Part shown: positions 1-11,059 of the stretch, in pieces
Layout: every line of letters starts with the position of its first letter
Position numbering within the stretch: position 1 is the stretch's first letter
Assembly (NCBI GenBank): GCA_965223505.1
Contig: CBDCWP010000021.1
Span: 352,001 to 416,000, forward strand
Length of the DNA stretch: 64,000 bases
Source of the DNA: Planctomycetota bacterium
GTDB lineage: Bacteria > Planctomycetota > PLA2 > JAEUHO01
Direction of reading: 5' to 3'
Notes under the pieces: generated by a model
What the model was told of the DNA's origin: nothing
The model's input: the letters and a program-made list of their open reading frames with translations, nothing else
Databases searched by the model: none
Program-made: the position numbers and the translations under genes

Positions 1-237
1 CGGCAGCCCTGTCGTGGTGGCCTCCGCCTGGAACCCGGCCACGACGTCCTGAATCGAGCCCGGCACGGCGATCTTCACGAGGCCCGCGCCGGCGCGCAGC
101 GCACCCAGCGCGGCCATGGCGGGGGCGCCGGCCAGATTGCGGCTGCCGCCAACGACCAGCACGCGGCCGGTCGTGACCTTGTTCGCGTCGTCGGGGCGCG
201 GAGGAAGGAACGGAGGCTCGTCGAAGGCTTCGACCAC
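1..237 (-). CDS. nnrD: ADP-dependent NAD(P)H-hydrate dehydratase (YjeF C-terminal family), runs off window start
   Basis: Own translation from GTG at 237: VVEAFDEPPFLPPRPDDANKVTTGRVLVVGGSRNLAGAPAMAALGALRAGAGLV, the characteristic NnrD N-terminal motifs (LPPR..D.NK...GRVLVVGGS; GAGLV). Not in the ORF track because it has no stop in the window. Confidence 0.88.
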   Translation of the reverse strand, partial: MVEAFDEPPFLPPRPDDANKVTTGRVLVVGGSRNLAGAPAMAALGALRAGAGLVKIAVPGSIQDVVAGFQAEATTTGLP

Positions 238-271
238 GAAGAAATGGTATCCGCGCGGGTCGCGAGCGGGG

Positions 272-1291
272 TCAGACGCAGAGCTCGAGCCGCCCGACCT
301 CCTCCTTGCGGTAGTTGTGAAGCACCGGGAACCCCGTGCGTCTGCCCAGCTCCTCGGCCTCGGCGTCCGTGATGACGCCGCGCCGGCGCAGGAGCTCCGT
401 GACCAGCAGCTTGTAGCCGCGGTCGTTGCCGCCTTCGATCTTGACCGCCAGCGCGAGCGTGCGGCTCGGGACCACGAGGGCGTGCACGCCCTCCGCGCCG
501 CCCTTGGCGGCGATGTCGGCGCCGGTCGCATCCATCAGATCGAAGTCGAAGCGACCCGTGCCCGCGACCATGAAGGGGTGCGCGAGCATCGCCTGCGTCA
601 CGCGCGTTGCGGCGGCGGCCAGGTCGGCCGCAAGCCCGTCCGGACAGCCCGTGCGCAGCACCGACTGCGCGAGGTTGCGAAGCGGCAGGGCGAACGTCGG
701 CGCGCCGCATCCGTCGACGGCGACCTGGATCTCGCTCGGGTCGAGACCGGCGAACGCCGCGATCTGCGCGTGGATCGCTCGTTGCACGGGATGCAGCGGA
801 TCGAGATACGTGTCGATCGGCGCGCCCATGTGCTTGGCGGCGGCGAGCATGCCGGCGTGCTTGCCGGAGCAGTTCGACCAGATCGCGCGCGGCTCGTCGC
901 GTTCGCGCTGCTGCGCGCGCGCGGTGGCCGGATGGATGGACCAGTGCGGACCGCACTGCAGATCGCCGGGCCGAAGGCCCGCCTTTTGGAGAATCGACCG
1001 GACGCACTCGAGGTGACGCGGCTCGGCGTTGTGACTTCCGGCCATGAGCGCGAGCTCGGCGTCGTCGAAGCCGAACGCGTCGGCGGCGCCCGACGTGACG
1101 ACGACGAGCGTCTGCAGCGGCTTGCTGGCGGATCGGTAGAAGGTGTGAAGTTCCGGGTTGCCCGCGACCATCGGCTCCACGCCCTCCTCCAGGAGCACGA
1201 AGGCGCCTCGGTGCAGCGACTCCTGCGCACCGCCGCGCATCACGCGAAGCAGGGGGACGACGTCGGACATGGCGCCCAGTGGACCATTCAC
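272..1291 (-). CDS. L-asparaginase II family protein
   Basis: Motifs RSASKPLQ, SH, NCSGKHAGML, DGCGAP, AKGGAEG. True start may be the ATG at 1270. Confidence 0.88.
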   Translation of the reverse strand: MNGPLGAMSDVVPLLRVMRGGAQESLHRGAFVLLEEGVEPMVAGNPELHTFYRSASKPLQTLVVVTSGAADAFGFDDAELALMAGSHNAEPRHLECVRSILQKAGLRPGDLQCGPHWSIHPATARAQQRERDEPRAIWSNCSGKHAGMLAAAKHMGAPIDTYLDPLHPVQRAIHAQIAAFAGLDPSEIQVAVDGCGAPTFALPLRNLAQSVLRTGCPDGLAADLAAAATRVTQAMLAHPFMVAGTGRFDFDLMDATGADIAAKGGAEGVHALVVPSRTLALAVKIEGGNDRGYKLLVTELLRRRGVITDAEAEELGRRTGFPVLHNYRKEEVGRLELCV

Positions 1292-1350
1292 CCGCCCGCC
1301 CTTGGTAGGATCCGTCGCGCCGCCGTTCGATGGCGTTAGGAGTCCTCGTC

Positions 1351-1753
1351 GTGATCGAGATGAAGCTGAAAAGCATCAAGATCAACGACACCGGCGACCG
1401 GCAGTACATCGGACTGGTCGAGAAGGACGGCGGCCGCGCGTTGACGATCGTCATCGGCTACCTGGAGGTGCAGGCGATCAGCCGTTCGATCAATCAGGTG
1501 AAGCTCGAGCGGGCCGATGACCCACGACCTCACGAGCGCGATCATCGGCGCGACGGGATGCAGGCTCGAGCGCGTCGAGGTCACGGAGCTCAGGGACGGG
1601 ACCTTCTACGCGATGGTTCGGCTGCGCAAGTCCGACGGCGAGGTCGCGGAGATCGACGCGCGGCCGAGCGACGCGATCGCCCTCGCCAGCGCCCTCGGCG
1701 CGCCCATCTTCGTGGCCGAGGACGTCCTGGCCGAAGCGGCCATCGACGAGTAG
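1351..1753 (+). pseudogene. Bifunctional nuclease / DUF151 family protein, split by an apparent +1 frameshift (possibly a sequencing error)
   Basis: The first frame (GTG 1351, AGGAG RBS upstream) reads ..LTIVIGYLEVQAI..VKLER; a second frame continues (P)MTHDL..GTFYA..IDARPSDAIALA..APIFV. Removing one G of GGG at 1511-1513 restores the conserved RPMTHDL. Confidence 0.82.
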
Positions 1754-1839
1754 GGGCCCAGGGCCCTCGTTCCGTCCTTGAGTCGCAGGCCATTCGCATC
1801 GATCTGCGCTAGCATTTCAGGCGATTCGGAGATTTCGCC

Positions 1840-2739
1840 ATGCGCACGTTGATGACCTCTGTTTGTGTGCTCGCCCTCGCCGCCTTCTTCGCCCCGACGG
1901 TGGACGCCGCGCCGGATGGCTGGCATCCCAACCTGGAGAAGGGCCTCGAAGCGGCCAAGAAGAGCGGCAAGCCGCTCCTGGTGGTCACCGGCTGGGCGCC
2001 GAACATATGAGCGCCCTGCGATAACTGGCGTGCCCAGGTTCAAGAAAGCGACGATCTCAAGAAGCTCCTGCACAAGGTCGAGCCGGTCGAGTGGTGCTAC
2101 GACGGCCTCGGCGGTTCGATCATCAAGTGGACGATGGAGGAGGGCGGCAGCCCGAGCGACCACCCGAGCATCCTCGCCTTTCTCGTGCATCGCGACGGCA
2201 CCTCGTACAGCCGGCTCGACGGCGGCAAGCAGTACGCCGCCGGTTCGTTCACAGGCTGGCTCGAAGACACGCTGAAGGCGTATGAGAAGGACCATCCGAG
2301 CACGCGCATGCCGTTCGTGACCGCCGACGTGAAGGTACGCGGCGACGGAACGGAGCGTGAGGCGAGCTGCGCGGCGCTCGACGAGGCGCTCGAAGCCGGC
2401 AAGCCGGTGTTGCTCTACGTCGGCCGCGAGACCTTCGAGGCGAAGGACAAGGCCGCGAAGAAGGAGAACAAGGCGGCGCGCAAATTCGAGAAGACGACGC
2501 TCAACTCGAAGACGGCCGCGAAGGTCACCGAAGGCTGGGTGCTGTTGCGTGTGGACATGGCGAACGAAGTCCATGCCGTGCTGGCGGCCAAGTACGACGT
2601 GAAGGCGGCGCCGACGCTCTTGATGTTCGTGCCGGGCGCCGAGAAGCCGGAAGACCTCAAGAAGGTCAGCGGCAACGCGCTGGCGTACAAGATGAAGAAG
2701 GTCGTCGAGCAGCTGAAGTCGGGCGGCGACGAGGAGTAG
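1840..2739 (+). CDS. Secreted double thioredoxin-like protein, candidate selenoprotein (in-frame TGA at codon 57, UxxC motif)
   Basis: ATG 1840, signal peptide MRTLMTSVCVLALAAFFAPTVDA, then W..NLEKGLEAAKKSGKPLLVVTGWAPNI-TGA(2008-2010)-APC. The frame continues without stops into ORF 2134-2739, which holds a second Trx-like domain (ALEAGKPVLLYV..LLRVD..KYDVKAAPTLLMF). Confidence 0.78.
2023..2040 (+). promoter_or_regulatory. Putative bacterial SECIS hairpin
   Basis: AA-CTGG[CGTGC]CCAG-G-TT stem-loop. The loop starts 18 nt after the TGA and has G at position 2 followed by U. The stem is short and was folded by eye. Confidence 0.5.
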
Positions 2740-2745
2740 CGCCGT

Positions 2746-3111
2746 CTACGTCTTCTCGAAGGCCTTGCGGGCGTCAGCCGCGGTCTCGACGATCTTGAAG
2801 TGATCGTCGAGCTTGGTGAGACGCAGCACCTCGCCAACGCCGCGCGGCACGGCGGCCAGGATCACGCCGCCGTCCTTGGTCTGCGCCTGGCGGTCGACGT
2901 CGATGAGGACGCTGAGCATCTGCGACGAGACCTGCGTCAGCGCGCCCATGTCGATGATGAGCTTGGGCCGGTCGGCCTGGTCGCACACGTCTTCCAGGAC
3001 GCTCCGGACGGACTCGATGACGGGCGCGTCTGCCAACCAGCCGACGGTGAATTCGGCGGTGTGGATGTCCTCGCCATGGTGCGCGACGACGACCGGCGGC
3101 TGCTCGCCCAT
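2746..3111 (-). CDS. STAS-domain anti-sigma factor antagonist
   Basis: 121 aa with LIIDMGALTQVSSQMLSVL..GGVILAAV..VGEVLRLTKLDDHFKI, the SpoIIAA/STAS pattern. Confidence 0.85.
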   Translation of the reverse strand: MGEQPPVVVAHHGEDIHTAEFTVGWLADAPVIESVRSVLEDVCDQADRPKLIIDMGALTQVSSQMLSVLIDVDRQAQTKDGGVILAAVPRGVGEVLRLTKLDDHFKIVETAADARKAFEKT

Positions 3112-3187
3112 TGCGTTCTCTCCGAGGGAAGTCGGAGATGATACGCGAACGATTGCCGAGCGCCGAACCGCGCGTTCCAGCCCTGCG

Positions 3188-3688
3188 CTAGGGTTTGCGC
3201 TTCAGGTCGAAGGTCTGAACCTTGTCGCTGCCGCCGTGCGGATCGGAGAGCGTGACCACGAGGTTGTCGTCCGCCTTGCGATGGAAGACGATGCGCGTGG
3301 GGAAGTCCTTCTTCGGGTTGTCGAACGTGGCCTGCTTCTCCCCCGGCTTGCACTCGGCGAGGGTGAAGCCGCCGGCCTTCTTCCCGCCCGGGTAGGGCTG
3401 GTAGTGGAACGTGTCGCCCCGCACCTCGAAGACCTCGAACTCGAAGAAAGCCGTCTTGCCGTCCTTGAGCAGCCTGCTGTGGCTGAGGATCTTGCCGCCT
3501 TCAGGCGTGCTGTAGTACGCCTCGAAGGTGCCGCCCCACATGGCGCCCTGCCACGTACCCGCAAGCCAGGTCATCGACGCCAACGCGTCGGCGGCCTTCA
3601 GCGGCTTGGGTTCGTCTTCGGTTCTCGCGTTGGATGCGAGGAGCGTGATCGAGAGGAGCACGAGCAGAGTTGCGGCGAAACGTCGCAT
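3188..3688 (-). CDS. Secreted DUF6265-like protein
   Basis: ATG 3688 with signal peptide; WLAGTWQG..FFEFE..FDNPKKDFPTRIVF pattern; downstream of an AraC gene. Confidence 0.7.
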   Translation of the reverse strand: MRRFAATLLVLLSITLLASNARTEDEPKPLKAADALASMTWLAGTWQGAMWGGTFEAYYSTPEGGKILSHSRLLKDGKTAFFEFEVFEVRGDTFHYQPYPGGKKAGGFTLAECKPGEKQATFDNPKKDFPTRIVFHRKADDNLVVTLSDPHGGSDKVQTFDLKRKP

Positions 3689-3731
3689 GAGAGGACCTCC
3701 GAGGGAGGCGCCAAGGTATCGCCGTCGGTGC

Positions 3732-4538
3732 TCAAGGATTGGAAGGATGCGACACGCCCGTGGCGAAGGCATCGGCGAAACCGGGCTGCTCCGCGACATA
3801 GCGGGCGGGCGTCGTGCCGGCGATGAGCCGGAAGTCGCGAATGAGGTGGGACTGGTCGAAGTAGCCCGCGCCGGCGGCGAGGCCGGCCCAGCCTTCGGCG
3901 GGCAAGCCGTCGTCGAGGACCGAGATGACCCGCTGGAGTCGGCAGATGCGCGCGAAGTGACGCGGCGCGAGACCGACCTCGCGGCGGAACCGGCGCTCGA
4001 GGGTGCGGCGGCCGACGGACAGGGACGCGGCGAGATCGAACACGGTCGTCGCGTCCTTGGCGAGCCGTCGTGCGGCCTCCGCGATCAGGCCGTCCGAACG
4101 AAGCGGACGCGCGTCGAGGAGCGCTCGTTCGATTCGCCGGATGCGCTCGTACGGGTCGGGCGCCTCGTTCGCTCGTCGAAGCCGGGTGTACAGCCCCGGT
4201 CGTACCTGGCGCAGGCACACGTCGAGATCGGTGAGCTCGTGCATGGGCGTGCCGAGCACGAGATGGAGTCCTGCGGGTTCGAAGCGAATGCCCAGCAGGT
4301 CGATGCCGCCGGTGGGGGCGATCTCGATGGCGCCGCTCAGCTGTCCGACGAGCAGTACGCGGGCTTGCGTGCGTTCGTCGCGGCGAAAGCGGTCGGCGCG
4401 GTTGAGCACGATCTCGGTGCAGCCGTCGGGCACGACGCGATCGGGCGTGTTCGGCGGTGCGTCGTGATCGAGGAGGTGCCAGAAGCAGCGAACGATCTGT
4501 CGCAGCTCGGCGCGGGGGATGACCTCGCGGTAGTGCAC
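3732..4538 (-). CDS. AraC-family transcriptional regulator (DUF6597 + HTH)
   Basis: VVPDGCTEIV, GIRFEPAG, RTLERRFRREVGL, GYFDQSHLIRDFR..AGTTP. Confidence 0.92.
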   Translation of the reverse strand: MHYREVIPRAELRQIVRCFWHLLDHDAPPNTPDRVVPDGCTEIVLNRADRFRRDERTQARVLLVGQLSGAIEIAPTGGIDLLGIRFEPAGLHLVLGTPMHELTDLDVCLRQVRPGLYTRLRRANEAPDPYERIRRIERALLDARPLRSDGLIAEAARRLAKDATTVFDLAASLSVGRRTLERRFRREVGLAPRHFARICRLQRVISVLDDGLPAEGWAGLAAGAGYFDQSHLIRDFRLIAGTTPARYVAEQPGFADAFATGVSHPSNP

Positions 4539-4570
4539 CGCGGAAGTCTACGCCAAGCGGCGAGCACGCA

Positions 4571-6667
4571 TCAGCGCGCGTCTCGCTCGGCGCGGGCCGC
4601 CTCGATCTCGGAGAGCGCGGCCTTGGCGACCTCGTGCCGGGGGTCGAGCTCGAGCGCCCGCTCGAGTGCCTTCTCCGCATCGACGTACTCGCCGGCTTCC
4701 TTGTACTGGCGCGCCAGGCGGATCCACGGAGCCGCGGTGTCGTGTCGGACGGACACCGCCGCGAACGCATGTCGCGTGGCACGCCGGTCTTCGACCGCCG
4801 CGAGGGCGCGGGCGAGCCGCAGGTTGATCCAGTAGTCGTTCGGATGCCGTTTCTGCCACTCCTGGAGGAAGGACACGGCTTCCTCCTCGCGCCCCATCCG
4901 TTCCAGGCGCAGGCCGACCTCGCTCACGAGGACGAGCGGCAGCGCGTCGCCCTGCGCGCGGGCCACCGCCAGCAGCTCGTCGTCGTCGGCGGTCGTGAGC
5001 GCCGCGCGCGCCTCGGCGCTGGACGCGTCCAGCTCGCAAGCGACCTCGTAGAGCGCTCGCCAACCCAAGCTCTCCAGTTCGTCGGAGTCCTTGCGCAGCA
5101 TGCTCCAGAATCCGATGCTCGCCGCGAAGCTCTTGGAGACGTCGGAGTTCGCCATCCGGTCGCGGCTCTTCGCAACCGAGCCGAAGCGGCGTGCAAAGAC
5201 CTCCGAGAACGCCGCGTCCACCGCCCGGTCTTCTTCCTCCCGCGAGAGGTCTTCGCCGGGCCGACCGCCGCGATAGAGCGAGCGGATCTCCTCGAGCTCC
5301 GCGAGGAACGCCTGGTCGTCTTCTTGCACGCGAAGTGCGTCCATCGCCGCGTCGGCCTCGGCCCGGAGGTCCTTGTAGGCGAACGGGTCGCCGCCGAGGC
5401 CCTGGGCGTGCTTCGCCGCTTCGAGCGCCTCGGTCCACTTGCCGGCCGCGCCGAGCCGGGCCGCCTTGTCGAGCGCGGCCTCGATCGCGGCCCGCCGGTC
5501 GCTCTCGCGTGCGCTCCGATCGGCGTCCATCCAGAGCAGGACGCCGCCGCCGATCAGGAACACCGTGAGCACGACGGTCGCGATCAACGCCGTCTGCCGG
5601 CGCGATCGCCGCTGCTCCTCGGCCCGGCCGCGTGCCATGAGCGCACGCTTTTGGGCGCGGTGCGCGCGTCCGGAGCTCGACGTCAGCGTGGTGGCCACCT
5701 CGTCCGCGAGGATCTGCGCGCTGCGCGGCCGATCCTTGGGAAGCGGTTCGAGGCATGCGAGGCAGAGCTTCACGAGCTGCTCGTTGCCCTTGCAGGCGCG
5801 CAGGCGCTTGTGGGCGCCCTCGAGCTTGGCGTGCTTGGCCGCCTGGCGGCGCTGGTCGGCCGTTCCCGTGTAGGGCGGCGCGCCGGTGAGGATCTCACAG
5901 AGGATGGCGCCGAGGCTGAAGATGTCGCTGCGCTCGTCGAGCGTCTCGATGTGTCCGATGGCCTGTTCGGGCGGCATGTATCCGGGCGTGCCGAGCGCCG
6001 ACCCGGCGACGGAGTCGGATCCGTCCCCCCCCGAGCCCACGGTCGAGATCATGGTGAGGTCGACCGAAGCGCGCATCGCGAGCCGCTCGTCGGCGACACC
6101 GCCCTTCGGCATCACACGGGCGAAGCCCCAGTCGACGACTTTGACGACGCCGTAGTCGCCGAGCATCACGTTGGCGGGCTTCAAGTCGCGGTGGACGACA
6201 CCGCGCACGTGCGCGTACGTCATCGTCCGGCAGACCTCCCGAAACGCCGAGAGCAACGCGCGCTGGTCTTCGTTGACGTTGGAGCGTTGCGCGAGTCGGG
6301 CTGCGAGCGTGTCGCCCTTGACGAGATTCATGGCGAAGAACGGCCGGCCGTCGGCTCGAAGCCCGAGCTCGTACACGGGGACGATGCCCGGATGCTGGAG
6401 CTGTCCCCCGATCTGCGCTTCCTCGATGAAGCGCTGGACCATCTCGGGTGTTTTCGTGTGTTCCTCGAGCAGCACCTTCAACGCCACCTCGCGGCCGAGG
6501 TCGTTGTCGCGGCCCCGGTACACGACGCCGACGGCGCCACGGGCAAGCGGGCCGATGAGCTCGTAGCGCTCCTCGTTGCCACCCGGTCGCCGCGCGCCCT
6601 CGAGGTCGATGCGCGGCGCGTTCTTCCCCATGTCTTCGAGACGGCTGAAGATGCTCTTGTCGCTCAC
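4571..6667 (-). CDS. Membrane Ser/Thr protein kinase with C-terminal TPR
   Basis: [33 protein letters not shown], one TM segment, TPR-like helices. The GTG at 6667 overlaps the upstream stop (GTGA). Confidence 0.88.
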   Translation of the reverse strand: MSDKSIFSRLEDMGKNAPRIDLEGARRPGGNEERYELIGPLARGAVGVVYRGRDNDLGREVALKVLLEEHTKTPEMVQRFIEEAQIGGQLQHPGIVPVYELGLRADGRPFFAMNLVKGDTLAARLAQRSNVNEDQRALLSAFREVCRTMTYAHVRGVVHRDLKPANVMLGDYGVVKVVDWGFARVMPKGGVADERLAMRASVDLTMISTVGSGGDGSDSVAGSALGTPGYMPPEQAIGHIETLDERSDIFSLGAILCEILTGAPPYTGTADQRRQAAKHAKLEGAHKRLRACKGNEQLVKLCLACLEPLPKDRPRSAQILADEVATTLTSSSGRAHRAQKRALMARGRAEEQRRSRRQTALIATVVLTVFLIGGGVLLWMDADRSARESDRRAAIEAALDKAARLGAAGKWTEALEAAKHAQGLGGDPFAYKDLRAEADAAMDALRVQEDDQAFLAELEEIRSLYRGGRPGEDLSREEEDRAVDAAFSEVFARRFGSVAKSRDRMANSDVSKSFAASIGFWSMLRKDSDELESLGWRALYEVACELDASSAEARAALTTADDDELLAVARAQGDALPLVLVSEVGLRLERMGREEEAVSFLQEWQKRHPNDYWINLRLARALAAVEDRRATRHAFAAVSVRHDTAAPWIRLARQYKEAGEYVDAEKALERALELDPRHEVAKAALSEIEAARAERDAR

Positions 6668-9600
6668 CGCTTGCCCTTCTGCACGAGGCGAATGAGCTCG
6701 TCGACGTCCGACCAGTACTGCTTCCACTCGTCGGGCCGATCGAGCGCGTCGCGGACGACCTTGAGATCCGGGTCACGCTGGGAGTGGGGGAGCCGCATCC
6801 GCAGGAAGTCCGGATCGCTCTCGACGAGCTTGCGACAGAGCTCGAGGTCGGCGCGCAGCCACGCCAGCGCTTGCGCGTGATGCTCCTTCCCTGCCAGCAC
6901 CGCCGAGCAGGCTGCGTTGTACAAGCGGTTCGTCTTCACGTCGGCGGCGACGTCGGCATCGGACGCGAACGCTTCCGCATACAGACGCGTCGAACCCGCG
7001 TAGTCTTTCTTGTGCCGTGCGACCTCGGCGAACGCGACCTTCTCCTCCGCGTCGGCCGGCTTCTTCTTGCCGGCAAGCACGTCGGGCAGCGCTTTGGCGA
7101 GCTCGATCGACTTCTTGACATTCTCGAGCGCGGCGGCGTAGTTCGGAAGCTCGTCGACGATCTTCGACAGCTCCTCAGCCGACTCATCGAACAGCCCCTC
7201 GTGCCACAGTTGGATGCCGAGCCGGCCTCGCGCGATGGGATCATCGGGCGAGAGCTCCACCGCCTTGCGGTGCATCGCGAGCGACTCCTTCGAGGCGCCC
7301 ATCTCGGCCAGCAGGAGACCGAGCCGGGACCATGCCGGCACGAAGTTGACGTTGATGTTCAGGCAGTCGCGGAACGCCTTCTCGGCTTCCTCCCGATCCC
7401 CCGCGCCGGCATGGGCGATACCGAGCAGGTGGTACGATCGAAACGATCGTGAGTTGCCCTTGAGGCTCTCCTCGAGCACCTCCACCGCCTGGTCGAAGTT
7501 CGACTGCCGGTTCAGCACGTCCCCGAGCACCATCGCTACGTACCAGTGCTGCTCGCCCAGCGAGCGCGACCGCTCGATCTCTCTCCGGGCCTTGTCGAGC
7601 TCGTTCTTCTCCAGATGCGCGATGCCCAAGAGCGCGTGGGCCCGCGCGTGCGTGTCATCGAGCGCGACGACCTTCGTGAACCACTCGATCGCGCCGTCGG
7701 GGTCCGCCGTCTGCAACGCCATCCGGCCGACGCCGAGCGTTGCTTCCAAGTGCTCGGGATCCGCCTTTGCGGCAGCCTCGAATTCCCTTCGCGCGGCCTT
7801 GCGGTCCCCGAGCGTCTCGTAGAGCTGAGCGAGGGCCAGGGGGTGCCGCACCTTCGCGTCCGGCTCGCGGTCGACGTTGACGAATCGGCGGTGGGCGGCG
7901 ATCGCGTCGGTGCGATCGCCACGCAACGCGTGGATCCGCGCCAGCTCGCGGAACGTCGCGGCGAGCGTCGGTGCGCGTCGGGTGCCTTCCCGCGCGGCCT
8001 CCAGCGCGCCCTCGAGGTTGTTCTGTCGGGAACGCGCCCTGGCCAGGTAGACGTAGTTCCACCCGTTCGTCGGATCGAGCTCCACGCCCTCCTCCGCTTC
8101 GGTCTCGGCGCGGGACGGGTCGCCGGACGCGAGCAGCGTGTCGGCCAGCCGGGCGCGGGCCTCGGCGTTGCGCGGCGCGAACTCCACGGCGCTGCGCGCG
8201 GCGTCGAGCGCAGCGGTGACGTTGCCCCGGTCGAGGTGGATCCGGCTCAGATGCACGTAGGGCGCGGCGATCGTCGGAGCGAGCTCGATGGCGTTGTCGT
8301 ACGCGTCGATCGCCTCGTCGAGCCGCTCCTTCATCTGGAACGCGTAGCCGAGGGTGACGTAGGCGCCGTGCTGGTGCTTGTCCATCCGGATCGCTTGTCG
8401 GGTGACCTCGATGGCCTTGTCGTAGTCCTCGAGCTCGATGTAGCAGCGCCCGATCTCGGCGTGCGCGAGCGCGGAGTCCTTGCCCCGCTCTCGGGCCTCT
8501 CGGATCGCCGCACGGGCCTCGTCGGGATCGTTGTTGCGTGCGTACGACAGCGCGAGGCCGACGTTCGCCGACCACGAGTCCGTGGAATGTGTGAGCGCCT
8601 GCTTGAACGCGTCGATCGCGCGATCGTCGTCACCGAGGTGTTCCGAGAGGATCACACCGCGGCGCACCAGGAAACCCTCGTCGTCGGGTTGGACCTTCAG
8701 GGCCGCCTCGATGGTGGCGAGCGCGGCCTTCGGGTTGTGCGCGTGAAGCTGCGCGTCCGCGAGTCGGTTGTAGGCGTCGATGTAACCCGGCGTGAGCTTT
8801 ACGACGCGGCCGAACGCGTGCGCGGCGTCTTCGAACTCGCCGGCGCTGGCGAGGCACAGGCCGAGGTTGTACCAACCGACGTCCACCTCGGGCCGCAGAG
8901 CGACCGCGGCGTTCGCGTGCCGGATCGCCAGCTCCAGCTGCGCCAGTGCTGCGTCGACCTCGTCTGGGTCGTCCTCGGCGATGGCCAGCTCGCGCGCGGC
9001 CAACGCAATCCGGATGTGGATCATGATCTCGTCCGGATGCCTGCGATTCCACGGCAGCAGGAAGTCGATCGCATCCTGTGGGCGGCCGAGGTCGATGAGG
9101 TTCATGGCGACCTGCGAAACCAGCGCGAGCGGGAGCATGTCGCCGCGCGCCTCCACGGCTTCGAGCAGCGCGTCGCCGTCCTCGGTGACGAGGGCGTCCC
9201 GGATCTCGATGCTCGCCGGATCGATTTCCCGGGCCAGCGTGTCGAGCGAGCGCCAGTCGGATCCTTCGAGGGCCGGCATCGTCTTCCGCAGCCAGCACCA
9301 GTAGCCGATGTTGGCGGCGAACTCGGGCGCGTGCCGCGATGCGCGCAGTCGCTCCTGGCCGCCCCCGATCGAGCCGAAGCGACTCTCGAACGCGGTGGCG
9401 TAGGCGGCATCCATCGCCTTGTGGCGGTCGCCGGGCCGATCCCATGTCTCGGGCGCCATGGCGACCAGCCCCGTCCCGCCGCCGGCGCCGGTGACGGTCT
9501 TCGTGCTGCCCGGCGCGAGGTTGCGGATGGCGACCAGCTCCGCCAGGAGCGCGTCGTCCTGCTCGCGAATGGCGAGCTGCTTCGCGTGCTCGGCCTGCTC

Positions 9601-11052
9601 GGATTCGAGGCGCTCGAGCGCCGCCCGCGCTTCGGTGTCGTCGACGCCTTCCGATCGGGCGACATCCACGGCCCGCTGCGCCGACGCGACGGCGCCGGCC
9701 CAGTCGCCGATCACCTCGTGCTTGCCGGCTTCGCGCAGCGCTTCGGCGACCAACGGCGCCGCCCGCGCTTCGCGCGCATCGCGTGCGCCCTTCCACCACA
9801 GGTACCCGCCGCCCATCGCGATGATCGAGATCGCGGCAACGGCGCTGAGCGTGAGCACGTTCTTGCGTTTCCTGCGCTCCTTCGCGATGCGATTCTCGGC
9901 CTCGAGCGCGTCGAGCTCCGACTTCAGCGCCTCGCTCTCGACCGCGGCGAAGTGTGCCGCCATGCGTTCTTCGACGATGCCGGCGTGGCGCGGACGATCG
10001 GGAGGCAGCGGCTGGAGGCAGTCCCGACACAGCTTCTTCAGCGGCTCCGGGGCGTCGGCGGCGTCGAGCCGTGCGTACGCGTCGTCGAGGCGGCACTGGG
10101 TCGCCGCGACGAGCTGGTCGCGGACCTCGCCGGTGTAGGGCGCTTCGCCGGTCAGGATCTCGCACAGGATCGCTCCGAGCGAGAACACGTCGGCGCGTTC
10201 GTCGAGGTCGTCCACGCGACCGAGCGCCTGCTCGGGCGGCATGTACGCGGGCGTCCCCATGACGCTTCCCGCCATCGAGTCCGATCTACCCGAGCTACGA
10301 AGTGTGGCGATGATCGTGCCGTCGGCCTGGCGCGCGACCTCGTCGCGTCCGATCACCTTGCCGAAGCCCCAGTCGACGACGAGCACCTCGCCGAACGAGC
10401 CGATCATGATGTTCGCCGGCTTCAGGTCTCGGTGGATGACGCGGCGCGAGTGCGTGTAGGCGATGGTGAGGGCGACGGCCTCGAAGACGCTCAGGAGGTC
10501 GATGCCCTTCGGGTTGCTCTGCAGCAGGTCGGCGAGGGTGCGCCCCTTGATCAGCTTCATCGAGAAGCTCGGCCGTCCGTCGGACTGGAGCCCGAGTCCG
10601 TACACCGGGACGATGCCGGGGTGTTGCAGCTGCCCGCCGACCTGCGCCTCTTCGATGAAGCGCGCGACCACGTCCTCGCGCTCGGCGAACTCGGGGCGGA
10701 GCACCTTCAGCGCGATGTCGCGGTTCAGGTCCCGGTCGCGCCCGCGGTAGACGATCCCGATCCCTCCGCGCGCGATCTCGCCGACGATGTGGAACCGGCT
10801 GTCGCTGGCCGCCTCCTCCTCCTTGCGCTGGAAGACGAGCCGCTCTTCGCCGTCCTGCGGCTCCCGGAGCAGGATGCTGCCGTCGAGATTGTGGAGCCTC
10901 GAAATCGCGACGAGGATGCTCTCCCCGGTCTCCCTGGGGAACGGCTCGAAGGCCTCTCCCTCGCGCGGCTCGCCCGAAGCGTCTTCGCGGGGCTGGTTCG
11001 TCGGCTCATTCGAGCTCACTTCGGCGGGATCGTCGGGCCGGTCGTCTTTCAT
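6664..11052 (-). CDS. Membrane Ser/Thr protein kinase with long TPR array
   Basis: [31 protein letters not shown], many TPR repeats; 1462 aa. Confidence 0.93.
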   Translation of the reverse strand: MKDDRPDDPAEVSSNEPTNQPREDASGEPREGEAFEPFPRETGESILVAISRLHNLDGSILLREPQDGEERLVFQRKEEEAASDSRFHIVGEIARGGIGIVYRGRDRDLNRDIALKVLRPEFAEREDVVARFIEEAQVGGQLQHPGIVPVYGLGLQSDGRPSFSMKLIKGRTLADLLQSNPKGIDLLSVFEAVALTIAYTHSRRVIHRDLKPANIMIGSFGEVLVVDWGFGKVIGRDEVARQADGTIIATLRSSGRSDSMAGSVMGTPAYMPPEQALGRVDDLDERADVFSLGAILCEILTGEAPYTGEVRDQLVAATQCRLDDAYARLDAADAPEPLKKLCRDCLQPLPPDRPRHAGIVEERMAAHFAAVESEALKSELDALEAENRIAKERRKRKNVLTLSAVAAISIIAMGGGYLWWKGARDAREARAAPLVAEALREAGKHEVIGDWAGAVASAQRAVDVARSEGVDDTEARAALERLESEQAEHAKQLAIREQDDALLAELVAIRNLAPGSTKTVTGAGGGTGLVAMAPETWDRPGDRHKAMDAAYATAFESRFGSIGGGQERLRASRHAPEFAANIGYWCWLRKTMPALEGSDWRSLDTLAREIDPASIEIRDALVTEDGDALLEAVEARGDMLPLALVSQVAMNLIDLGRPQDAIDFLLPWNRRHPDEIMIHIRIALAARELAIAEDDPDEVDAALAQLELAIRHANAAVALRPEVDVGWYNLGLCLASAGEFEDAAHAFGRVVKLTPGYIDAYNRLADAQLHAHNPKAALATIEAALKVQPDDEGFLVRRGVILSEHLGDDDRAIDAFKQALTHSTDSWSANVGLALSYARNNDPDEARAAIREARERGKDSALAHAEIGRCYIELEDYDKAIEVTRQAIRMDKHQHGAYVTLGYAFQMKERLDEAIDAYDNAIELAPTIAAPYVHLSRIHLDRGNVTAALDAARSAVEFAPRNAEARARLADTLLASGDPSRAETEAEEGVELDPTNGWNYVYLARARSRQNNLEGALEAAREGTRRAPTLAATFRELARIHALRGDRTDAIAAHRRFVNVDREPDAKVRHPLALAQLYETLGDRKAARREFEAAAKADPEHLEATLGVGRMALQTADPDGAIEWFTKVVALDDTHARAHALLGIAHLEKNELDKARREIERSRSLGEQHWYVAMVLGDVLNRQSNFDQAVEVLEESLKGNSRSFRSYHLLGIAHAGAGDREEAEKAFRDCLNINVNFVPAWSRLGLLLAEMGASKESLAMHRKAVELSPDDPIARGRLGIQLWHEGLFDESAEELSKIVDELPNYAAALENVKKSIELAKALPDVLAGKKKPADAEEKVAFAEVARHKKDYAGSTRLYAEAFASDADVAADVKTNRLYNAACSAVLAGKEHHAQALAWLRADLELCRKLVESDPDFLRMRLPHSQRDPDLKVVRDALDRPDEWKQYWSDVDELIRLVQKGKR

Positions 11053-11059
11053 GTGCGGC

